Assembly (NCBI GenBank): GCA_964354995.1
Contig: CAYHBQ010000001.1
Coordinates: 727 to 46,272, forward strand
Origin: Candidatus Woesearchaeota archaeon
GTDB taxonomy: Archaea; Nanobdellota; Nanobdellia; Pacearchaeales; GW2011-AR1
Direction: 5' to 3'
DNA: 45,546 nucleotides
The position numbers were made by a program, and so were the translations under genes. Every line of letters starts with the position of its first letter. Position 1 is the first letter of the stretch. Below, in pieces: positions 36,577 through 43,025 of this stretch. The notes below the pieces were generated by a model. It worked only from the letters and a program-made list of their open reading frames with translations. It was not told where the DNA came from and did no database searches.

Positions 36577-36588
36577 ACGCCCGGACCC
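36577..36588 (+). repeat. 12-nt direct repeat ACGCCCGGACCC (partner of 35481..35492), overlapping the tRNA-Ser 3' end
   Basis: Exact match to 35481..35492. Confidence 0.5.
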
Positions 36589-36688
36589 GGAATCGAACCG
36601 GGATATCCCGAAGGAAACTGGTTCTCTCGTTTTTCGAGTTTATCGATGCTAACTCAAGACCAGCGCAATACCATTATGCGATCCGGGC
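36578..36688 (-). tRNA. tRNA-Ser(UGA) with a 29-nt intron at the canonical 37/38 position; no encoded CCA
   Basis: Hand fold. Acceptor GCCCGGA/TCCGGGC, discriminator G, T-arm CCCGG-TTCGATT-CCGGG. Long variable arm has a UCC-UUCG-GGA hairpin. Anticodon stem CTGGT/ACCAG, loop CU-UGA-G. Intron spans 36624..36652. A 4-bp central helix CUUG/CGAG is flanked by 3-nt bulges (BHB-like). Confidence 0.8.
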
Positions 36689-36710
36689 ACATAGGTGTAT
36701 AGAAAAACCG

Positions 36711-36718
36711 TTTTTAAA
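36711..36718 (-). promoter_or_regulatory. TATA box (TTTAAAAA) of tRNA-Ser
   Basis: 22 nt separate the 8-mer from G1 of the tRNA. This matches the geometry that places protein-gene TSSs at their ATG. Confidence 0.5.
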
Positions 36719-36734
36719 GGTTTACTAGCTACAA

Positions 36735-37061
36735 CTAAGAAAAAGACTGTTCGGTAAAAATAAAAGTAAAATCTTTTCCGAACTGCGATGCAAGTCCCGC
36801 AGCTGATTCTTCCGCCTTCTTTTCTTCAGCAGGTGCCGCAGCCTCAGGCGCAGCAGCTCCGCCAGCAGCAGGTGCCGCAACAGCAATCTGTGCGTTAGCG
36901 AGTTCCGTTGCAATATCAACACCGTGTAAGCTTGCAATAAGCGTCTTGACTTTAGCTTCGTCAACATGAGCTCCAGCGGCCTCGATGACTTTCTTCAAAT
37001 GAGTCTCATCAACTGGCTTGCCAAGCTTATGAAGTAACAAAGCTCCGTAAATATATTCCAT
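36735..37061 (-). CDS. rpl12: Ribosomal stalk protein P1 (aP1/L12e) with 13 extra residues after the conserved GL..FG tail
   Basis: MEYIYGALLLHKLGKPVDETHLKKVIEAAG, then an Ala/Pro/Glu hinge, then AGLASQFG-KDFTFIFTEQSFS. Confidence 0.88.
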   Translation of the reverse strand: MEYIYGALLLHKLGKPVDETHLKKVIEAAGAHVDEAKVKTLIASLHGVDIATELANAQIAVAAPAAGGAAAPEAAAPAEEKKAEESAAGLASQFGKDFTFIFTEQSFS

Positions 37062-37846
37062 TATATGCCCTCCTTTATCATGTTTTGAATAGCCTTTTCA
37101 TGTGTACTCGCCTTAGCAATAAAGTACTTGATGGTCTGATCCGTGTAATAATCTCGCCCTACCGCAAATCCGACGGCCTTTCTAATAAGCTCTCGTAACT
37201 CATTGAGTGTGCCTTCCTTATCAATACGTATACCCGCATATACCTTATCATCCTTTCCATCATAGGCTGCAAGCGGAATAAATCCTACTTTCATAGGGCT
37301 CACACCCAATTTACCAAGTACGCTTGCAACATTTTCTTTTATCGCCTCTCCTTTCTTGGCCACAATCGCACCTTTGATAATTTCTAATTTTCCTTCTTTA
37401 ACGGCCACCTTTAATCCTGCCCCTGAAAGTTCAGATATCGCTGGACCAGGGACTAAATCAGTAGGCCCAGCCGGAATTTCAATATCTTCAAGGGCAATAT
37501 CGCCCGCACGAGCTTTACTCGGAATTTGATTATCTGATAAAATGCCCGAGAGCGCAAATGCATCTTCCTCTGAGAAGAAAAAGGCAATGTCTGCTGTTAA
37601 TTGCGATTTAAGTTCGATGATTCCGCCTTTACCGATGAGTTCAATGGCGCGAATCGCTGCATTTTTCTTAACCATAATAACATCGGCAGTTCCTCGCAGA
37701 CTCTTTTTAATTGCATGAAACTGCGAGCTAGGCAATCCCTTACACGACGCGATAAGCGTGGTACGAGATTTCTTCATGCGTTCAGCAAGCTTCTTAACAA
37801 GCTCTACTTTTCCTTTAGGGACAGGTTTTATACGTTGGCGAGTCAT
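37061..37846 (-). CDS. rplP0: Ribosomal stalk protein P0 (uL10), short form (261 aa) without acidic hinge or C-terminal tail
   Basis: N-terminal uL10 domain and archaeal insertion domain (EDIEIPAGPTDLVPGPAISELSGAGL). Ends at ...KAIQNMIKEGI. The stop overlaps the P1 ATG (TAATG). Confidence 0.85.
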   Translation of the reverse strand: MTRQRIKPVPKGKVELVKKLAERMKKSRTTLIASCKGLPSSQFHAIKKSLRGTADVIMVKKNAAIRAIELIGKGGIIELKSQLTADIAFFFSEEDAFALSGILSDNQIPSKARAGDIALEDIEIPAGPTDLVPGPAISELSGAGLKVAVKEGKLEIIKGAIVAKKGEAIKENVASVLGKLGVSPMKVGFIPLAAYDGKDDKVYAGIRIDKEGTLNELRELIRKAVGFAVGRDYYTDQTIKYFIAKASTHEKAIQNMIKEGI

Positions 37847-38460
37847 AGACTTTCGACCTTAATAGGCGCCCCCATAGTGAGTTTAATCATAACCTTGCGT
37901 ATATTCTCTTTTTTAGCTGGCAACACGTTAACGATATCATTGTAGACCGTTCGAATATTCTGAGCAAGGTGCTCATCGCTCATGGTCTCTTTTCCGATTG
38001 CAATACGGATAGCCGGTTCTTTCGCTTTGATCTTAATCGATTGAGAAATGCGTGCGAGCAGTGCTTTAATCGCTTCAGGAGTTTCTTGCATAAGGACTCC
38101 CAACTGCGGAGTCGGCATTTTACCTGTCGGCCCAAGGGACTTACCGAATGCAGTTGCAACGGCCGGCATGACCTTCGCACTTGCAATGAAGAAGTCATAA
38201 TCCCGTACGAGTAACTTAAGCGCTTTTTTATCTTTATACTTATCAAATTCTGCTTTCATCACAGTTTTGACAAGGTCGCTCTTATTTTCAAGAAACCCAC
38301 ACACGCGCTTCTCAGAGAAAACATGAGGAATTGTGCTCACCACGTTAACGCTATCGCGTCGCATGTCCATTCCCTTTAAACTGATAAGTAAATCAACTGT
38401 CTGTTCGAACTTTCGTTTGTCTCCCTTGCGGATTTCTTTAAGTGCGTTTTCGAGTTCCAT
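37843..38460 (-). CDS. rpl1: Ribosomal protein uL1
   Basis: KRKFEQTVDLLISLKGMDMRRD...PTGKMPTP. Confidence 0.92.
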   Translation of the reverse strand: MELENALKEIRKGDKRKFEQTVDLLISLKGMDMRRDSVNVVSTIPHVFSEKRVCGFLENKSDLVKTVMKAEFDKYKDKKALKLLVRDYDFFIASAKVMPAVATAFGKSLGPTGKMPTPQLGVLMQETPEAIKALLARISQSIKIKAKEPAIRIAIGKETMSDEHLAQNIRTVYNDIVNVLPAKKENIRKVMIKLTMGAPIKVESL

Positions 38461-38466
38461 GTGTGT

Positions 38467-38516
38467 CTCCTACGTGATGACCTCCCGACCCAGAAAAAAG
38501 GTCTGCAGGTACGTAG
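38467..38516 (-). promoter_or_regulatory. Structured 5' leader of the uL1-P0-P1 operon: nested stems abutting the GGAG Shine-Dalgarno
   Basis: Complementary pairs 38470..38475/38511..38516 (CTACGT/ACGTAG) and 38479..38483/38499..38503 (GACCT/AGGTC). SD GGAG is the complement of 38467..38470. Confidence 0.35.
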
Positions 38517-38539
38517 TATGCGACGAAACTGGATTGAAA

Positions 38540-38552
38540 GAGGGTATTTAAA
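38540..38552 (-). promoter_or_regulatory. Promoter of the uL1-P0-P1 operon (TTTAAATACCCTC)
   Basis: The same 13-mer occurs at 31449..31461. The predicted leader is about 60 nt. Confidence 0.5.
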
Positions 38553-38635
38553 TGTGTCTCTTAATAAATGCAATCAAGAGCCACTGTTCTCTCAACAAAC
38601 CGAAAAATCTATAAAATTAAGTTCTCTAAAAGATT

Positions 38636-39049
38636 ATGAAATTTGATAGCCTTAGGAAAAACGACCTTCATTTGATTGCAAGTTTTGTTTTGTTATCGGT
38701 CTTCTTATCTTTTTTCTACTTGTCAAACGGTCTTTCTGAAAGTACACTTATTCTTCTTTCTTCGATAAGTGCACTTATTTCTTTTCTTTTTCTTCTGAAG
38801 ATAGTCTGCTTAGAAGTAAATTATAAACGATGGGGATTCGTAATCTGCACGATACTTTTTTCTCCAATTTCTCTATTAGTCGGAGCTTTTTTTGTATTGG
38901 GGCCAAGCCCCTCTTTCTTTTTAGCTTCTATAACCTTCCTACCTTTTAGCTGTCTTTCTCCAGCGTCGCTCATTTTTTACTTCACAGAATACCGTCCCTT
39001 TCTAAAAGGAAAAAAGAATGAAAAAGAAATAAAAGAGGGAATTTATTAA
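38636..39049 (+). CDS. Hypothetical membrane protein (137 aa, ~4 TM), low GC
   Basis: Hydrophobic ORF in a ~32% GC stretch. No recognisable motif. Confidence 0.4.
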   Translation: MKFDSLRKNDLHLIASFVLLSVFLSFFYLSNGLSESTLILLSSISALISFLFLLKIVCLEVNYKRWGFVICTILFSPISLLVGAFFVLGPSPSFFLASITFLPFSCLSPASLIFYFTEYRPFLKGKKNEKEIKEGIY

Positions 39050-39066
39050 AGGGGTTCGTTTGATTT

Positions 39067-39417
39067 TCATGAAGGAAATCCTTTGTCTCTTTCTCGATAT
39101 AGATAAGACATAGCCCTCTTGTGTCGGTTGTTTAAGGCGAATAATTTGTATAATCCTCCCACAAGAAGGGTAGCCGAAATTATAAGAAAAAAGAGGGCAT
39201 AATTTTTAAAGAAGTTATCTAGTCCATTTATCGAACCCATGGTTCCTCCGGAAAAAAGAATGGCTACTCCTAGTCCAATAAGCCATTTTGGAATATCCAA
39301 GTCTCTTTCATATCTAAACTTGACTAAATCAATTAAGTTATTAACATCCCTGAAGTCTCCTCTCGTCTTTTTTAAATCATTAAACCATCCCAAACCAAAA
39401 GAAGAGGAATCAGCCAC
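39067..39417 (-). CDS. Hypothetical membrane protein (116 aa, 2 TM), low GC
   Basis: ORF with two hydrophobic segments. No recognisable motif. Confidence 0.4.
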   Translation of the reverse strand: MADSSSFGLGWFNDLKKTRGDFRDVNNLIDLVKFRYERDLDIPKWLIGLGVAILFSGGTMGSINGLDNFFKNYALFFLIISATLLVGGLYKLFALNNRHKRAMSYLYRERDKGFPS

Positions 39418-39448
39418 TCTGCCGAGACCTTAATAATCTATTTAAAAC

Positions 39449-39901
39449 TTATTGCACGTTATCAATCTTGCCGAGATACTCTTTCACACGTTCAATGGTC
39501 TGAGGAATAAGAAATCCTTCTATCTTCTGTTCAAATAAATGCGATAAGGGCTCAAATTCCGCAAGCCGATACACGTTATTTTTCTTGTCGACAAGCATCA
39601 AGTCCCGCAGGCGTTTTAATTGTCGGCGAATATTGCTTTCTGCAAGCCCTTTAGGTTCAAGCGAATGTTCCTGTCGCAATGCTTTAATCTTATCGATAAT
39701 CTCAAACGAAGTCATTTCCTTACGCTCTTTACGTGCGTCGTCTAACGCGAGCAAGACATCTACCATCACATCTCGTGAATCGCCGGGCTGCAAAAGTCCA
39801 AGGCTTAAACAGATTTTTTTAACCAACTCTCTTCGGCTTGTCTCATACGGGCGCTCATACCTTCTGAGTGTAATCTCGTTTAACGGAGCATCGCGAGCCA
39901 T
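39449..39901 (-). CDS. Winged-helix transcriptional regulator-like protein (150 aa)
   Basis: LSLGLLQPGDSRDVMVDVLLAL...NIRRQLKRLRDLMLVDKKNNVYRL resembles a wHTH with recognition helix and wing. Family not assigned. Confidence 0.5.
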   Translation of the reverse strand: MARDAPLNEITLRRYERPYETSRRELVKKICLSLGLLQPGDSRDVMVDVLLALDDARKERKEMTSFEIIDKIKALRQEHSLEPKGLAESNIRRQLKRLRDLMLVDKKNNVYRLAEFEPLSHLFEQKIEGFLIPQTIERVKEYLGKIDNVQ

Positions 39902-39923
39902 TACTCACTCTGATACGAGAAAG

Positions 39924-39931
39924 GTTATAAA
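39924..39931. promoter_or_regulatory. Shared bidirectional TATA box between the wHTH gene (-) and the CARF-like gene (+)
   Basis: GTTATAAA sits at the centre of a 51-nt divergent spacer, 21 nt before the ATG at 39953 and 22 nt from the ATG at 39901. Confidence 0.5.
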
Positions 39932-39952
39932 GCTACCTCCGCCCACGGTAGC

Positions 39953-40306
39953 ATGGAACTTGTTGCAACCGTTGGCCTCGATAAAGAATCATGGGGACAG
40001 GTAACGGGGTTAATAAATCACGGAACGTGGGATCGTGTTGTGCTTATAAAAAATAAACTCGCGCTCGACTTTCCCGTTCCTGAAGGCGTCGATGCACTCT
40101 TTATCGATACCACCCAACCTCTTTTAGAAATAAAAAAATACCTCGTTGAAAAACTTAAACCGCTCTTGTCTGAGTTCGACGCCTGCGTCTCAATAGCGTC
40201 AGGCACTGGCAAGGAACACATGGCCCTCATCTCAGCATTACTTGCAATTCCCACAGGCATACGTCTTGTCGCATTCACAAAAAACGGCGTCGAGTTTGTT
40301 AATTAA
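39953..40306 (+). CDS. Small Rossmann-like protein (117 aa), possibly a minimal CARF / Csa3 N-domain-like sensor
   Basis: Beta1 LVATVGLD (compare Csa3 FVTMGFN). Late motif SIASGTGKEHMALISALL (compare Csa3 DLTMGMRMINTLIL and the CARF xTGGTK pattern). Resemblance judged by eye only. Confidence 0.35.
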   Translation: MELVATVGLDKESWGQVTGLINHGTWDRVVLIKNKLALDFPVPEGVDALFIDTTQPLLEIKKYLVEKLKPLLSEFDACVSIASGTGKEHMALISALLAIPTGIRLVAFTKNGVEFVN

Positions 40307-40309
40307 CTT

Positions 40310-41710
40310 TTAGAAAAATATGAACACCCAACGCACCATCATCAAGGCAAGAAGCGCAATGAAGAACCAACTCGCAATTTTGAATGCGCGCTTTCCCCAT
40401 AATTCTCTTCTCGTGATGCTCCAAACAGCCAAATAAAAGAATCGGCCTCCGTCAAGCATACCCAAGGGAAGCATATTGAATAACGCAACGAGCAAGTTAA
40501 TCATAAACACCCACCACAATAAGTAATAGACAAACCATGCGAAGTCCCCGCCCCACGTTGGCGCGTAATAAATGTAGGGATCTTTAATCTTGAAGATAAC
40601 TGAGGAAACAAATCCCTTGAATCCGGACTGACTAGGTTTACTTATGCCGATGCCCAAATACGCGTTTCCATCACGATCTGCCAAAGTAATTGAATGGTCA
40701 AAATCAGCATCGCCTTCACGAGTTGTTACAACAATCGTTTGACCGGGCCGTTTGGAAGCAATGGCCGAGCGGAGCTCTTCAATAGAACGTGTCGGCATAC
40801 CGTCAATAGAAAGGATAACGCCCGAGAGACGAGCATTAATGGCGGGCGCGTCATCGTAAACCGTAATCGCAGGAACCTCGTTAGCAAATGCGGTTTTAAG
40901 TGCGCTTCCCAGAGCGAAGAATCGCGTTTCGCCTACGTTAAACGCAATAAGGCTATCGTTTATTGAAATGAAATCAACATGTGCAACTGGAACTCCTCCA
41001 ATAGAGGTAATCGCAGAAACATTCACAATTGCAGGCGTGTACGTATTGAAGTTAACTCCCGCAGGAGCAAAGCTCAGTGCAAAAAAGCCCCAGAGGATAA
41101 GTCCAAACAAAATAGTCATTAACACATTAGCAAACACGCCTGCCGCGAGGATAGCCATTTGAGGGAATTTCCGTATCTTCTTCATGTCACGGTCGTCCTG
41201 TTCAACAAAGGCACCAAAGAAGGGTCCAAAGAAAGCAACACCCGTCGATTTAATCCGTACGTTATTTAAGCGTGCGAACAGCCCATGAGAAAATTCATGA
41301 GTTATAGCGACTATTGCAATGGCTACCAGAAAATAGGTAAAATAGAACGGGGGAAAAATACTTTCAATATTAAACAATTGGGGGAAATACGGAAATAGAG
41401 GCAACAAAGGGGGAATCTTTAACGCTTTCGCCAAGAACGGCGAGGTAACGTAATCATATACCGTCGTTACAAGCAACCAGCTCATCGCGCCGAGCAATAT
41501 CACTCCAACAATCACAATTACATATTGCAAGGGCTTGAGAATGCGTCGATATTTTCGCGCCCAACGGTCCATCAGCGTAAGGCCCCACTTTGCATGATAC
41601 AAAAATATCCAGCCTTGGCGTTTCAAACCTTTTTTGTTGCGCGATATAAATGAAATCGCAAAAAGCGCAAAGATAGCTAAGAAGATGATGTCGTATAGTA
41701 TGAAACTCAT
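40310..41710 (-). CDS. Site-2 protease family (M50) intramembrane metalloprotease with a PDZ-like insert
   Basis: HEFSH (HExxH) in a TM helix and NMLPLGMLDGGRF (NxxPxxxLDG). Confidence 0.85.
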   Translation of the reverse strand: MSFILYDIIFLAIFALFAISFISRNKKGLKRQGWIFLYHAKWGLTLMDRWARKYRRILKPLQYVIVIVGVILLGAMSWLLVTTVYDYVTSPFLAKALKIPPLLPLFPYFPQLFNIESIFPPFYFTYFLVAIAIVAITHEFSHGLFARLNNVRIKSTGVAFFGPFFGAFVEQDDRDMKKIRKFPQMAILAAGVFANVLMTILFGLILWGFFALSFAPAGVNFNTYTPAIVNVSAITSIGGVPVAHVDFISINDSLIAFNVGETRFFALGSALKTAFANEVPAITVYDDAPAINARLSGVILSIDGMPTRSIEELRSAIASKRPGQTIVVTTREGDADFDHSITLADRDGNAYLGIGISKPSQSGFKGFVSSVIFKIKDPYIYYAPTWGGDFAWFVYYLLWWVFMINLLVALFNMLPLGMLDGGRFFYLAVWSITRRELWGKRAFKIASWFFIALLALMMVRWVFIFF

Positions 41711-41716
41711 GGATGC

Positions 41717-41887
41717 CTACTTTTTCTTTGAACGTATCGGTCTAAAAACGCGACCACCACATCGGCGGCAGGCCACTAGTTTCTGGACGACACGAATAGG
41801 ATCAGTTCGCAATTTCTGACTGCATCGTCTACATACAAAGATATTCTTGAACAGTCGTTTTTGCGCCGCAATAATTTTAGTCGCCAT
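41717..41887 (-). CDS. rpl40e: Ribosomal protein eL40 (56 aa, zinc ribbon)
   Basis: Own translation: MATKIIAAQKRLFKNIFVCRRCSQKLRTDPIRVVQKLVACRRCGGRVFRPIRSKKK. It is below the track cutoff and lies directly after the aIF5A stop. Confidence 0.8.
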   Translation of the reverse strand: MATKIIAAQKRLFKNIFVCRRCSQKLRTDPIRVVQKLVACRRCGGRVFRPIRSKKK

Positions 41888-42277
41888 TTACATAACCCTC
41901 ATAATCTTTTTCTTACCTTCAATATCCCAGTATTCCACCTGTTTCTCAGAGGCAAGTGAGTCTTTAAGTTCTTCCATAAACGGTATATCGATTGTTTCAA
42001 AATTATCAAGGTCCATAACAGAAGCAGTAACATCCCCCACATTAAGTACTTGTGCTTTGCGCTTATCAATGTGAGGCACTTCAAATCGTTCGTGACCGGG
42101 AACTGCAATGACTTTTTTCTTCCCTGTGAAAATTTCAATGGCCTCAATACGACACTTACTTGCGCCATGTTTTCCGGTCTTGCTGATATCATTTGAGCGC
42201 ACGGTACAAGCCTCTCCACCGACGAGAACAGTGACTCCTGTACGAGCTTCAGTTGCATCAATAACTTTTAGGACCAT
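41888..42277 (-). CDS. eif5a: Translation initiation factor 5A (aIF5A) with hypusine loop SKTGKHG
   Basis: MVLKVIDATEARTGVTVLVGGEACTVRSNDISKTGKHGASKCRIEA plus a C-terminal OB domain. The ATG at 42277 lies 21 nt from TTTATAAA; the longer track start is rejected. Confidence 0.9.
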   Translation of the reverse strand: MVLKVIDATEARTGVTVLVGGEACTVRSNDISKTGKHGASKCRIEAIEIFTGKKKVIAVPGHERFEVPHIDKRKAQVLNVGDVTASVMDLDNFETIDIPFMEELKDSLASEKQVEYWDIEGKKKIMRVM

Positions 42278-42298
42278 GCGAGCACGTGCCAAGAAACG

Positions 42299-42306
42299 TT
42301 TATAAA
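42299..42306. promoter_or_regulatory. Perfectly symmetric shared TATA box (TTTATAAA) for aIF5A (-) and FKBP (+)
   Basis: Palindromic 8-mer with exactly 21 nt to each start codon (42277 and 42328) in a 50-nt spacer. Confidence 0.55.
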
Positions 42307-42327
42307 ACTTACTAAACATGCAACACA

Positions 42328-43002
42328 ATGACAACCGTCGCCAAAGGAGACTTCATAGAACTTAGTTATACGGGATATGTTAACGGCGAAGTCTTTGATT
42401 CAAATCGAGATGTCGACCTAAAAAAACTTAATTCTGAAGCAAAACCAGAAAAAACCCCTATAATCATAGGCGAGGGTATGGTCGTTCGGGGCTTAGATAA
42501 AGCACTCGAAGGCAAATCAATCGGAGAAGAATATTCGATTTCGTTACAAGCAAAAGAAGCCTTCGGCGCACGCAACCCCTCGTTACTGAAACCGATTCCT
42601 CTGAAAGTATTTGGTGAAAAAGGAGTTCATCCGCGTCCAGGGATGAGTTTTGTGTTGGATAACAATCTCGTGCAAGTGCGCGCAGTTTCAGGTGCGCGTG
42701 TTATCGTCGATTTCAACAATCCTCTTGCAGGAAAAGATGTTTCGTATGCGTTCAGAGTCGTTGCAAAAGTAGAAGACGTTAGTGAAAAAACGAAGACGTT
42801 CTTTGGCAGATTTTTACGGGCAGTTCCTGAATTCGAGGTGGGGGAAAAAGTTGTTATCAAAGGTCCTGCGCAGATGAAGCCCATTGTTGATATCTTCGGA
42901 GAAAAGTTTAAGCTCCTTGTTGGAAAAGAGCTAGGCTTTGTTGAAACCGAACAGCCCTCAAAACAACCCGATTCGCAAGAGGGAATACAACAATCCTTAT
43001 AA
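42328..43002 (+). CDS. FKBP-type peptidyl-prolyl cis-trans isomerase (archaeal SlyD-like, with IF domain)
   Basis: KGDFIELSYTGYVNGEVFDSN...VRGLDKALEGKSIGEE...VDFNNPLAGKDVSYAF. Confidence 0.85.
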   Translation: MTTVAKGDFIELSYTGYVNGEVFDSNRDVDLKKLNSEAKPEKTPIIIGEGMVVRGLDKALEGKSIGEEYSISLQAKEAFGARNPSLLKPIPLKVFGEKGVHPRPGMSFVLDNNLVQVRAVSGARVIVDFNNPLAGKDVSYAFRVVAKVEDVSEKTKTFFGRFLRAVPEFEVGEKVVIKGPAQMKPIVDIFGEKFKLLVGKELGFVETEQPSKQPDSQEGIQQSL

Positions 43003-43025
43003 ACGATTTACCCGTGAGAAAGTAA

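Larger units (their letters stand above)
35481..36588. mobile_element. Putative remnant of a tRNA-targeted integrated islet carrying only the GH114-like gene (no integrase present)
   Basis: Bounded by the 12-nt direct repeat, one copy of which lies inside the tRNA-Ser 3' end. Sampled GC is about 35% versus about 45% in flanking genes. Confidence 0.35.

Noticed and set aside
36725-36967. 80-aa Leu/Arg-rich ORF, and the 45187..45471 Ala/Ser-rich antisense ORF
   Set aside because: These are frame or strand shadows of the GC-rich Ala/Pro hinge-coding regions of P1 and uL11.
38474-38480. GTGATGA resembling a C box of a C/D sRNA in the uL1 leader region (plus strand)
   Set aside because: No matching CTGA D box or terminal stem was found at an appropriate distance. 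The sequence is better explained as part of the minus-strand leader hairpin.
41888-42334. 148-aa aIF5A starting at 42334, and 150-aa uL24 starting at 25826
   Set aside because: The extensions are non-homologous and overlap neighbouring genes or promoters. The internal ATGs (42277 and 25790) fit the TATA spacing and the ATGA coupling respectively.
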